A DNA stretch of 63,297 nt, the filler included. It is 9 parts of 9 records of this genome, joined end to end, with 100 filler letters (N's around TTAATTAATTAA, not from the genome) between each part and the next. Parts side by side here need not be neighbours in the genome. Positions count along the whole stretch, not along the records: positions 46,260 to 52,463 come from SRR2962707_1317; positions 52,564 to 57,833 come from SRR2962707_1319; positions 57,934 to 63,297 come from SRR2962707_1324; 6 more parts are not named here. One strand, written 5' to 3'. Position numbers and translations under genes: made by a program. The notes beneath the pieces are model-generated. The model was not told where the DNA came from, did no database searches, and saw nothing but the letters and a program-made list of their open reading frames with translations. Positions 49,401 through 62,000 of this stretch are shown here, piece after piece (position 1 is the first letter of the stretch; each line of letters starts with the position of its first letter).

Positions 49401-52400
49401 GCTTCCTTGGGCACCGTCCGGCACCGCCAGCCCTGGTGGCGGTGTTCCGTGTGATCCACGCTTCGTTGGGGTATTTGTGTCCCTGACTTCCCACGTGTTG
49501 TCGGCTCACGCGTCGCTCATGCAAGCATTGTGCACACAGCTTGTGTACTGCCTTTTTGTGGCCCAAGACTCTCCATCCATTGGCTCACTCGAACGTGAAC
49601 AACTTGAGCACTCTATGCGGGTGGGCATGGTGCAGCTTCATCTCCTTATGCTTGCACGCCGCGCGTTGCGTCAACTTCATCAGCGCGACGGTCGCAATCT
49701 TGCCAGATTTGCGTCTAAATTGCCTCTGGACAGCGCAAGAACAAACAACGTTGGAGTTTGGGCCCCTAACTCCGTATCCGCGGCGGAAGCTTTTTTACGA
49801 AGTCGAGATCCCCTTCTGATAGGGGTTGCTGCTGGTGGACAACCCCGATTTATTGACTCGATTGTCAAAGGAATAGCTCGCTGTCTGCTCCCGGTGTGCA
49901 TTCCTGGTGGTTGCACCCTCAGAGAACGTAGTATGGACCCGTTTGACGAACTCACAGCTGATGCTGAAGGGCGGTACGTCCACCTCGCAGTTTTGTTCCC
50001 TGCATATCACATATTTCAAATTGACACCAGTCAGCCTCGTGAGTCACTTCTTCTTGTGCATTGCGTTGTGATTCAGCTTCTCGCTCCAATTTTTGAAGCA
50101 TTTGAAGCACACTGACAACTACCTCGCTTTGCGGCAAATTCGCCGCAGACTGTTTGCAGCGCATGCCCGCTATATTGCCTCACCGCAATACACCAGCGAC
50201 GAGGACGCTTGGCTACCGTGGATGCCGCGCTTCGAAGATATAATGAAAGTCATTCCCATCGATGATGAGATCCGACATGAACTTTTTTGGAGCCCAGAAA
50301 GTATTTTCGATGCGAGTCGGTGCCTATTGCTTGAACATAGCCGCGTCATGCCGGATGATGCCGAGCAATCTCCGGGTGAGGAAGTCGATGATAGCGGCAA
50401 CGGCGATTTTGTAACTGACCATCTTGAAAATTTGCGAACGCATTTGCATTGGCTCCGGACTCTGTTACGTGCAGAGGAAGGAGGGCATCGAAAGGCATTA
50501 GAGGCGGGGACGCAGGTGCTTTTTCCGACGCGACACGTTGAAAATAAGCGTGGGGTGATTGATGACTACGATTCCACGAATGGCTCAGCGACATTCCTTC
50601 GTGTCGTGACGTCGTCGGCCACATCACACTCGCGCGCTGGATCTGCGGTGTCCCTCGTTTCTGAATACGAGTCAGAATCTGTCCGGCGAGTCCGCCGCAA
50701 CGTGGTCAGGTGAGTTTGGCTGCCCTTTTTCGGAACGAAGAAAGAAGAAAGTTGTTGCTGTCCAGCGTATGTTCAACTGCAATAAACCTGTCTGGCTGTG
50801 TGCGTTCAATTCCAGACCGGTCCGACGATTCTTTCCTGGCCAAGACCGATATGACTACGCCAACTATATGACGCTTTCCTATGCGACACTGCACGAAGTT
50901 GTGACCATGGCGAAAACGAGCGCTTACAATACTGCTGGTGTCCCCCGCGCTCTGTATAACCGTTTCCGCATCGAGGAGTTCTACATTACTCTGTTTTCCG
51001 AGCAGCGCGGATCTCGCAGATTCATTGACGCTCTTGAACTTATGTCTAGCTCTCGTTTTCTGAAATCGCTGGCAGCAGAATTGCACAAGCAAGTTGTCGA
51101 GGAAGTATTTTACGGCGACGATCTTGGGTGGTGCGTGTCTTTAGATGGCAAATCCTTTTGCCTGGCGAATACTTTTGCCCAAGGCTTGTTTTTCCCACGT
51201 GCTCACGCATCCTTCGTCGCACTCTCCAGGCTAAAAGACGTTGAAGACAGTGCAGTTGCCGAAACCTTACTTGACACTTGCCAAACGAAGTGGCTTGAAA
51301 AAATTGCGGAGGAGGGGCGGCCTGCGGTCTCCGGTGTCGTGCACGACATGGACTTGAAAGACTCCACACTGCAGCACCTCTTCCGACTTTGCTGCAAAAC
51401 TTACGCACTTCGGGAGCAGCAGGTGGACAGTTGTTCTTGAATTTCCGCTCTTGACCTTTCGCCTGGCATTCGCGTTTGTGTTGAATTTGCTGTGTCTTTG
51501 AATGTGAATGTAGTCAAACGAGCTGGCCGCGTCAAGTCCAGCTGACGCAGCCAAAAAACTGAGAGCAGCCGCAGTCTTTATGGACAACGTGGCAACCGGC
51601 TTTCATAACACCGCACTTGGTGTTCAGCGGATTCAGGTCGGTGGTTCAGCTGATGCAGATGAACTTGAAAAGCAGGACGGGGTGCTGGGAACTTGCTTCG
51701 ACCGGCAACGATTCGCGCTCCTCGCCGCCGTAAACGCCTGGCGGCGGCGGTTGGTCCTGCTTCGCAGGCTCTGCCCGTCACCCCTGCCTGCTGCGGACAC
51801 CAGCGATTCCCAACATGTACGCGTTGTGCGGCCAAGCCAAGCACGAGAAGACTTCGGACGATGCCTCGACGAAGCTCAGGGTCGGCTGAATGTATTGATG
51901 GCAAGAGCTCGACTTCTTTCTCGACAGACAGCACGTGGAGCGTCAGCTGCAGAAGCACGGGGAACCGAACACCAGCAAGGAGGAGACTCTAGCCGGCGAA
52001 CGACGTTTCGTGGGTTTCTTAAGGAAGATTTCAACGCGCATGCACGGGTCCCCAGTGAAAACACAACTGCCGATCTTCCAGACGAAACGAATCCGTCAAA
52101 AGCCGGGATGAACATTGTGCACCAACGCTGGCTGCAGCTACAACAAGAAGGAGCCTTGACGCAGGCTCTGCCGTATCTTCAGAGTGTTGCAGATCTTGCG
52201 TCTAATGCCTCTGGTGATCAACGCGACCCTCTTGGCAAAGTCCCGATCAATCAGCGCGCGGATTTGGTTGATAAGCTTGTTCGTTCCCTCGTGGAGTCAA
52301 CTGATAGAACAGCAAATGACTGGACCCGCGGAAAGCACCTTGTTGCTGTGTACTTTGGCCGTGGAGATGACGCCTGTCGTGCTTTCACTGCTCGCTTGGT

Positions 52401-52425
52401 CGAAGCATATCACCGCATCAAGTAA
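46499..52425 (+). CDS. About 1700-aa protein with two N-terminal ubiquitin-like domains, then a putative beta-propeller/alpha-solenoid (divergent Nup155/Nup170-like)
   Basis: UBL1: KEWINAKEGIPPHFQSLTLGNRVLDDDRSLRSQGVTANCTLRLV. UBL2: KTITLRARLTDSVFRLKEWIHSSEGIPPRFQKLQFGATILDDNSTLRSHGVRKDSCLHLV. Six GT-AG introns join all ORFs in frame to TAA at 52425. The Nup155 assignment is by-eye inference. Confidence 0.7.
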
Positions 52426-52463
52426 GTCCTTGTCTTTTTTTGGGGGGGGGGGGGGGGGGGGGG

Positions 52464-52563
52464 NNNNNNNNNNNNNNNNNNNNNNNNNNNNNNNNNNNNN
52501 NNNNNNNTTAATTAATTAANNNNNNNNNNNNNNNNNNNNNNNNNNNNNNNNNNNNNNNNNNNN
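52464..52563. other. Artificial contig linker
   Basis: 44N-TTAATTAATTAA-44N. Confidence 0.99.
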
Positions 52564-52709
52564 TTTTATTTTTTTTGCCACGAAGAAATGAGCGGTCGGA
52601 GGTTTGTGACTGTGGAATTAAGCGGGAGCACCTGTTGTTGTGCCAGCATGCGTCGCTTCGCGGGTCGGCGATCGCTGTAGTGCTGCTACGCGACTGCCCA
52701 CACAAATAA

Positions 52710-54475
52710 ATGTCCTCCACTTGCGCCGCCATGAAACTTTCGTTTTTTGCCTTCCTGGTGTTGTTCGTAAGTATCGTCTGCCCAGTGTGTTCAGGAAGCG
52801 AGGTTGAACAACACAAACGAGATGGTGATGAGCGAATTATGTGCCCAGCAGAATGTACCTCACAGTGCTGTCGAGATTGGGTGAGTGTCTATGGCATGTG
52901 TGGTCAGTCAGCGGCGCACAAGTCAGGCGGCATCAACTGCACAAGCTGCCCAGAAGTTGCCGCAGGTTGCGTCCGAGGCCCGCCAATCACTCACTTTTCA
53001 AACAAGGCACCTCGTGCCATTACCAAAATGCTCATCAACGAGCCCGCGAAAGTGCTGGCCTGCTACATCCTCAAGAATGGATGTTCCAATCTGATCCATT
53101 TGATGTTTACAACCGCCAATCAGACCTACCGTGATTGGAGCAGTTTAGCAGCACCACTTGAAGTCAGGCCCAACACTTCGCCGTGGACAACAACCTTTGG
53201 CCGCACCAATTTGGAGCTTACGTTTGTTGACAAGGCCTACACGCGGGTATGTTGCTGCTCGATGCATTTATGTTTTCGTTTTGGATTGCTTCTGCACCTT
53301 CGTCGGTCTGACCCGCAAAGCGTTTCATTGTGCAAACACGTTGCAGGTCGTGTTCGTTCGTGACCCGGCCGAACGACTGCTGTCGGGGTATCTTGAAAAA
53401 TGCTTGTCGAAGAGTGAAACACAGCGCCGAAATCACTGTCTGAACTTCCAAGACTCATCAAAGCCAGCCCCAACCTTCGCGGAATTTGTTGCCGCCCTTA
53501 ACCCAGCCATCATTCGAACAAACGGACACTTTGCGCCGCAGGTACATGTTATTTGCGCATTGCAAATTTGTTGAAAAATATTCTATGTTGCTCTGCTCTG
53601 ACGACATCTGTGTGCCACCCAGACAACGTTTTGTGGTTTAAACCGACAAGATGCTACAAAACGATGGAATCACATTGTTGACTTGTCACACCCCAATCAC
53701 CAGGTGGGGCCTTGCTTTTCCTGTTGTTGCTGTTCCTGTCTTTCTTGTCTCGCCACGTGATGTGGACCGACGTGAAGGTCGTTGTTCAGTCGTAAGGTCA
53801 AATTGTGCATGTAAAAGAGTGTGCTGATCATTGTTCTTTTATGTTCATGACGACGTTTTCATTGTTTTGCAGGCAACTTTGAGGTCCATCTTCCTCAACA
53901 CCACCCTTGATCCTGATGCTGTTAACAAGTAAGGGTTTGGCACTCGTTCCAGATTTCTGTCGTACCGTACATCTTCAGCTCGCTGCAAGCTGAAACACCT
54001 CTTCTTGGCATCATGACCCTGTAGGTTCTACCCAGAGACGCAGCAAGTCAACGGTCATAGTTTCGCTGCACATCAGAAAATGAACAAATACTATGGGTCT
54101 TTGGTGTGTAAAAGCTTGTCGCTTATTCGATGGATCGTTGTGAGTGCTCTTGTGCAGGGCATGATGTGCCCGTTTTTTTGTGTGGAACGTAAGGTCGGGA
54201 GCCGAAACGTCCTGCTTGAGAAGGTCCACGAATTGTATGCTGAGGACTACGCAATGTTGCAGACAATGCCAAGTGTGAACATGTCCACGTGGGTGATGCC
54301 TCCACCGCATCTCTCCGAGCCACAAAGAAAACATAATTTAAAGGAAGCCGTTGCTCATAAATCACAGGCGACGCACGAGGAGCGGGAAGCGGCGCGAGAA
54401 AACCGACGCGCTGAAATTGCAGCGTTAAAGCAACGTATTCAGGAAGCTCGACGTCCACCGAACCCTCCAAAGTAA
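52710..54475 (+). CDS. Carbohydrate sulfotransferase (Sulfotransfer_2/CHST family) with N-terminal signal/anchor and a small Cys module
   Basis: 5'-PSB ACYILKNGCSNL, 3'-PB VFVRDPAERLLSGYLEK, PTFAEFV, NGHFAPQ|TTFC and VHELYAEDY. Six exons. Confidence 0.88.
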
Positions 54476-54610
54476 CACGAAAAGGACTTGCCTTCACGTC
54501 CGAAACTTAGCCTGTTTCCATCAAAGTTGGATCTAAGTCTGTGTTAGTATTACCATGCATTTCACCTTGGCACCAAGATGACCAAAATCGAAAGTCATTC
54601 ATTCTCGCAT

Positions 54611-57417
54611 CTAGTAGTATCGCCATCTTTGAAGTGCTGGTAAGCTTGGAAGATCATGCAGGGACGCAAATTCAATGACGGAAGCCCCATAGTATCTGCG
54701 AAAAGGCAGCAGAATGTTGATGAACCATGAACCGTCCACTACACGAACAGGCAACAAAAGGACTTAACTGCCGCCTCGACACACACCCGAACTCCAGCCG
54801 ACTAAAAGGAGGTTTTTCGTTCCAGTGGGGCTGATGAACTGGGAGCAATTTCATTCCTTCAAGTGTGTTGCGAATCACGACAGGATCGCTCTGCAATGCC
54901 AACAAGATAATCACAATCAACCTTCGGTGCATTGTCAACTTAGGCGTTCCGTTGCGTTCCTACTCTCAAAATAGTGCGTACCTGTTCTCGCAAAATTTTC
55001 TTGAGTTTGATCATCTCGTCCCTTGTTATTTTGACGGCTTCTGACGGCGGAGCAGTGCCATATTCGGGTTTAAATCTGCAGTGCAAGAATTTTACAGACA
55101 AAATTCAGTGCAGTGCAAATTAACGTTGCAATTTCAAATGGTTTATGAATTGTTACCAACATGAGTGACTCCAACGACTCACCCGCTACCGCTTGCTCCA
55201 TGTGCAGTGGCCCCTGCGTCTGATGTTGACTTTCGCTTCACAGGGCGGGAGTTTGGATTGTACAAATGATTGTTCGCGTACCCAAACACGTTTCCCTGTC
55301 GATCATGACAGAGAAATTCGAAGGTTCGACCAAGCGAAGCACTCATGTACCTGCAGAAACATACCATTTTGGATGATCACACGATAACAACAACACAAAA
55401 TTGCGAGAGGTGGCCTCAAAAAACTTCGTACGTTTTGCCGCGAGTAAAAGTGCTAGGGTGTGTACTATGATACCAAAGCAGTGATCTTCCTTTCTCAGCA
55501 CCGAAATTGGGAACATGCTTGAAGTCACCCTAAAGCAAAAGATCAACCCCATTATTCATTGAAACGCGGGACGATTTTTGCAATGAGCGTGACCGCTTCA
55601 CTCAATGTAATTGTGGCACTTCCAACCACTGTCCGCACAGTATACTCACAAGGAAAAGTTTTCCTGCCTCGGGAAAGTCAGAGTTGTCTTCGTCACGTTT
55701 AATCTTGCGGATGCAAGCCTGTATCTTCACATCACTGAGCGGAACATCTTGAGCAAACACATCCGGGTGGGGCAACACCTGCCCGATGGAGTACCGTGAC
55801 ACATTTTGTGACTGAACAATCAGCAGATCGTCTTGCTCCCGCCTTCGAGCAGCCTGGCCAAAAAATTCGGAGCAGCAATCGTCAGCCCGCCTTGAGTGCG
55901 ACTTTGATTGCGGCATCAATAAGCAGAATGCACAATCACAGTTGAAGAACACACAAGTTCCCTTGTATTTGTGGTTTCTTTCCCACCAGCACATCCGTAT
56001 GGCGGAGGAAGGCGGCCGTGTGGTACCTACAGAGGATTTTGCGATTGCGTAAAGCCGATGCGTGAATGCATAGGTGTTTGTGGCCCGTGTAATTTTGGCG
56101 ATATTGGCGCCAACAAAAAAAGAAAATTGAAAGCAAAAAACAAATACAGTTCAAAGTCAAGTCAACCGTGCACAATTTCACGCAAGACATGCAGAGCACG
56201 TACCCCAAAAATATACTGATCACTGAAGCCACGGAAATCTACTTGATAGCCTTCTTGGCTTGGTCCACCGGCAGTCCCTTTTATGAGTGCGGTAGATTTG
56301 TAGGTCTGTCCAACGACAAAAAGCTCTGGATTAGTTGCCTTGAAGCACACCATAGGCCGGCCACTTGCGTCACGAAAGTTGCTGAAGTGAACGGTGTTTG
56401 GATGAACCGCCACCACTGTTGCACGAAGCTTCTCTCCAGACGGCTTCAACTGTCTTTCGACAACTGTCCCCAGCTTGGTAGACGAAAATTGCGAGCGAGC
56501 GTGCATTTCCAGCAAATAGCAATTAGAATAAAACCTCCAAACAAGCGAATAAAAAACTTTAACATGCGAAAAAACCAACGAATGGAGACGTTGGCCGAGC
56601 AACAAACCTGGAAGCCGCGGCCTCCTCTAGTAAGAACCTCCATGAACGACACTAATTCAACAAAAGCCTTCGGCTGGGTGGCAAGCTTTGCCATTGCTGC
56701 GGCGACAGCGGCTCGATCCTTTTCCTGCTTGCTGGCAGCCACCGGCACCCACCGATCTCGTGTCTGGGCATGCAAGTTTGGATTCTGCCCTGGTCGTGGA
56801 TTTTCTGACGCACCATCGCGGTGAAAAGTCGTCGATGTGTCCTTCAGGGCTGGCTTTTTACCTCGAGTAGAGTTGTCGACCACTCCAAATAGGGAGTTTT
56901 CATTCACGCGAACTAGCCGAATGCGGTCTTCTACCCTTGGCCCAAAACGGTACACCTCGCCTACAGTAAAGTCTGGGCGTGCCAACTCATTGCCTACGAA
57001 TTCAAAATGCACGAGCGGACGATCACTTTTGTCTTTCAGCTGAACTAGGTGCAGATTTCCGGGTCCGCTTGTTGCATTTGGCTCGTCAGTTGTGATTCTT
57101 TTGATGAAGCCCGTCACGGTACCACCGAAGGTTGCGATTTTAGTGCCCAGCCTTGCGTAGTACTTCGAAACATCACGCGTGCGTATCAAAAGCTCATTGC
57201 ACCTTTGCAGCAATTCTTTGTTCCCTGAATCCTGCAGCTGAGAATCTACTGGTTGTCCGAGTGGGCGAGAAGAGTTGGCTGCCGCAGACTTCGAATCGCC
57301 CACATCCGCTACTCCGGCCCCGCCCGACGCGCCTGCCCTACCTGCAATCTCTGCCACTGCTTTGAAAATCTCATCCGAGAGCACTCGTTTCTGCGGAGGA
57401 GGCCCATCAGTATCCAT
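54611..57417 (-). CDS. Hypothetical protein with three internal copies of an unrecognised beta-rich module of about 100 aa
   Basis: Nine exons splice in frame with GT-AG to ...LQRWRYY* (TAG 54611-54613). The motifs repeat three times (see findings). Confidence 0.7.
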
Positions 57418-57833
57418 GCTATCACTCACTTTTCAAGCTCACTGCACTCGAATCACGGCTGGCTGTCTGCAGCAGCGCCGCACGACCACACCACCTGATA
57501 AGTAAGTAATATTTGAGAGAACGAACGACCGATTTTCAGTCTCAAAGTGGCTGACAAAAGCTGCCCGCAAAAGAAAAGTGCTTGAAGGAATGCTTCTCAA
57601 AGTGAACACCACCGAACACAGCATCACAATAAAGCAAAAACAGAAAAGCAGAAAAAAAGACTCTCTCTCGGTACTCTCTCGATACTCTCCCCTTGCGGTC
57701 TATCCTTGTACACGCGAGTTCACGACTCGATGACCACAACAGTTCCACTCTCACTCCTCCAACTCTAGTAACTCAAACTCACGCACGCACGCACGCGCGC
57801 GCGCACGCACTCACTCTCTCTCTCTCTCTCTCT

Positions 57834-57933
57834 NNNNNNNNNNNNNNNNNNNNNNNNNNNNNNNNNNNNNNNNNNNNTTAATTAATTAANNNNNNNNNNN
57901 NNNNNNNNNNNNNNNNNNNNNNNNNNNNNNNNN
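57834..57933. other. Artificial contig linker
   Basis: 44N-TTAATTAATTAA-44N. Confidence 0.99.
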
Positions 57934-59052
57934 CATTTGTCTTGACTCGTGACAGATCCTCACTCACTCACTCGCAGTTTGTCAAGTTTTTGACGGGTCC
58001 AGAGGATGTCGTGAAACAAAGCGAAGGTGCTCCCGACCAGTTTGGTGGAGGGGAGGAGCGGGAACTGTTGTTGCTTCGGGGACGAGAGCGAGTTACTGTT
58101 CAACATTTTGAGCAGGCGGAGTGTTTTTGTCTGAACAATCTTGTGGTGCTTTGGTTTTCAGAAAGTGCTTTTCAGTCTCCGGCTTTTCCCGCCTGTGTGT
58201 CCGGAACAAGTGATGCCTAATAATGCTAACATGCGTAGTGACGCCACCAGGCACGCCATACGAAACAAACGGCGTACCTTGTTCTTTTTTTCCTTTCCCT
58301 CTTGTTCTCCCCTCTCGTTGTGGCGCAAAGATAGCGTCCGACCCTCTCTTGCAGGCTCGCCACGCTTGCATCAAAGAATCTGCCAGCACTTCCACAGCCT
58401 TGAACTACCCTCCAATGGTATTCAAAGGAACAAAACAGTGCGAAACGGAAGCAGAAGTTCCTGGTGCTGGGTTGGCAAATGTGCTTGCTCTTATCAGTGA
58501 CTTCTCACACCCACACCCACACTCGGCCCTTCACTTGCATTGCGTGGCTGTTGGCTGCACTGTGCTGTGTTTGTCTCTCTCGTTGTCAAGCAAGTCAACA
58601 CTCTGGTTCTGGTGCCACTTCCGAGACCATTGCCAATTTTAATACTTGCGACATGAACTTGCGGGTCTTGCCGCGGGCGTTGTTCTTCAACTTCTCCTGC
58701 ACGCACGGACGCTCACACATTTTGATGTACGGCACCACACGACACGCATTCGCTCTCTTCGCCTCCGATTTTCGCCGTTTTTGCACCCGCGTCAACGTTC
58801 GAAATCCGCACGGCTTCACACGCACACTTCAGTTTGTGCACACGCGCAAGCCATGTGACAGGCTTCGTCAATATTGTTGTTTTTTTGTGTTTTGATTTAC
58901 TGGTACAACTACGCGTTGCTGTCAGTTTTTGATTTTTTCGCTTGCTCTATGAAAGCGAACGAAGAATAAATAAGACTATCACTTGAAGTCTCTCGTGTTA
59001 CACCGCCCTTTCGGGCACACACGACCACAATCACAAAAATTCCGTCAGCGTC

Positions 59053-62000
59053 TTAGCTGTACATTTGTGCGATAGCGCGCTGGTTCGCGACGTCGAAATT
59101 TGCGTTCTGCTTTCCACCAGCCGTTCCAGCAGTTCCAAAGCGACGGTGCCACTCCAGAATGCATGTACGTGACTGAGCACTGGATGAGCCGTTCCGAGTT
59201 GCTGCGTCCAACGTTGACTCAAAGTCACGACCGCACAACGGTCTCAGCGGTTTTTGTCCTTGGTGGCAGTGGTCACCGATCCCAGTTGAAGTGCCAACCG
59301 CTGAAGCACTGGAACTCCCTCGGGCTAGAGCCATCAAGGCTGCAAGACGCGTGGCGCCGGCTTCAGGGCCTTGGTTGGTCTCCTTTCCTGCTGCAAGGCG
59401 AAATTTCTTTCGTGTTGCTGACTTTCTGGAAAGGCTTGGAGCACCCCCTGAAATGTGCTCGCGCACACGGACCCATGCAGCTTGACGACAAAGAGCAACG
59501 ACGTCTGATGCACTGTAGTGGCGCTCGTAGCAAATTCGGGCAACTTTTGCAAGGTCCACAGGGTCCCTTTCGGCATCCTCCTGGAGGGAGTCCCCACTGA
59601 GGGTTCGGCGCAGGATTTCTTCGTTGGCCTTGGCGTCGGCTATGTCAATCAGACAGCGTACTTCAAAGCGGCGAAGTACCGCTTCATCAAGGTCTGCCCA
59701 GTGGCGTACATACAAAAGCGATGTCAGCGGCGAAAATACTCCAACGATGCGCTCAAACCGCGCACTGTCAGGCCCGGCCAATCAAAAAGTTGCCGCTAAC
59801 ACGGCAGGAACAGAGCTCAGCAAACCGGAAACGTACCATGCGGCCGGTTGGTGGCCCCCAACACCGTGACTCTGGCTTTCTGATCCATCTTGCTGCAAAG
59901 GCCATCCCACTCCTGCAGAAACATGTTGATTACCTTCCGGTCGAATGCACTTGTGCCGCTGCTGCCACCTCCGCCACCGTTTTCGCCACCACGCGCTCGC
60001 AACAAGCTGTCCACCTCATCAATGAAGATAATGGCTGGCGAGAGGCGACGGGCAGTCGCAAATAGCGCTTTGATGGCCTTTTCGCTGTCCCCAGCCCACT
60101 TGCTGTGGATTGTGGCAGCAGAGACATTGATAAAAGTGGCTCCGCATTCCCGAGCGATCGCCTTTGCAAGCATTGTTTTTCCTATCATGTAATCACCGTG
60201 ATCATAGCCATCGCAGTTAAATGCCCTGCCGCTCACTCAAAGAGTGTCAGTTCCAAGTGTGAATGATGCCTTTTCAACTTGCGTCGAACGTACCAGTGCC
60301 AGGGGGTCCGTACAAAAGAACTCCCTTGGTGACGTCCGCCAAGACACCTTGAAATAAGTGTGGGCATCGATGGGGAACCACGACACTTTCGAGAACTTGG
60401 GTTTTCGCTTCAATGAGACCACCGATGTTGTCAAACGTTACTTCTATTTGTTCTGGGCGAATCACATTTTGCTCCATTTGTTGAATGATGGCTTGCTCGT
60501 TTGCTTGTGCACGTGCCATTGACTTGCTATTTTGCTGAATAAAAGGCTTGACTCCAGCAGGGGAAGGTGCGCCAAGGTGAGCCCCCAGCCACTTCGCAGT
60601 CTCAACCTCGGCCATGTTGGGTTCAAGACATGAGCCTTCTGCGGCTGCGGCAGAGGCTGCATTGGAGACCGCGAACGCCTCGGCCGTTGCGGCGGACACT
60701 GCACCCACGGAGGCAGTTGTTGTGGAGCAAGGCTGCCCAGCCGAAGTCGCAGACGGAAGATACGCGAGGAAAGCTGCTTTCATAGCAGAGCAAAACTCTT
60801 CTTGGGCTTTTCGGCAACGCATGTGCATTTTCGATGTGATTCCAGCGCTGGCAGCGCCTCCAGCAAGTGTTGCTGCTGTGGTTGTTGCTGCGGTCGCCAA
60901 AAGATCGGATTCCACTCGATGAGCGGCGCGGCTCACGAGAGTCGTATAGTCAGCGCGTCGAAGGTGTAAAGAATTCAGGGGCTCAGCCAAGAAGAAACGA
61001 TACACGCCACGCAGCAGCGAAGCGTTCAAACGCACTCCATGAGACGTCTCAAGAGCTGTCGCAACGCACTCGGCGTGGTCACGCGCACGAGTTGCAACAG
61101 CGTCCAACTGCAAACGACCACGAAGCACCATTCGATGTGTTCCAGTCTCATGTTGATGGAAACGAAAATCCACTTTGATGACATCAGTGTTGCTGCTCTG
61201 CAACAGATTGCGGATATGCTCCCGAACGACCTTGACAACTGCTTCCTTTTTCGCGGCCAGACGACTGTGCTCAGCTGACGCAGTGGTTGTTGTTGTGGAA
61301 CTGTAAGGCGTGCTGCTTCCTGCCTGACGGCGCTTGCGGCCTGTCATCGGAGGCTTGGATGCTGGATTGTCCACGCACAGTCGAAACATGGTTTCCCCGT
61401 TGGATGCCCGGGGCGACTGGCAAGAAATCGCGGCATCTGACTCGTTCGAGGAGCTTCTTGGGACGCGAGAAGCACAATTCGCTGCAACCAGTGGGTCAGA
61501 AGCGGCGCTTTCGAACGATGTCAGAAAAATGACACGGCAGCTGTACGAGCACCAAACATTGTGGAGACAAATATACTTCAGAATCAATTTCCCGCAAATG
61601 TCTCACCCAGGCATCACGATAAAGTTTTCGAGCCGTGAACCCTTGGTGAGGTGTCGCCACACACAACAACGAACCGTGAACCCTTGGTGCGTTGAAAGAG
61701 TGTGCTCAGAAAAATTATTTCTGCCGCTGCGCGAGCATTCAAGATTAACTGGAGCCGGGTAAACACCACAACGGCCTTGACATTCGGGGAAACACCAGCC
61801 TTGCACACTGTGTTCTGAGCACAAGGAGAAAAAGGAAAAACATTGAACGCGCATTTCACCAATGTGCACGTCAACGCAAGGGTCGTAGTTCATTGACCCC
61901 AAACCGAGAAACGATCAAATACCTGCAGTTCAACGCTGGGACGAAAAAGAGAGGCGCTGCTCAAGTCAAGGAGATCAAGACCGAGGTCACTGCACAAACC

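Noticed and set aside
7855-57933. Eight identical TTAATTAATTAA motifs flanked by N runs
   Set aside because: This is a synthetic six-frame-stop contig spacer, not biology. Adjacency of genes across the spacers is meaningless, so no gene cluster (for example GH168 with the sulfotransferase, or the ciliary genes together) can be claimed.
57934-58830. Possible 3'-truncated minus-strand gene with several short exon-like pieces
   Set aside because: I could not establish a consistent frame or any recognisable domain.
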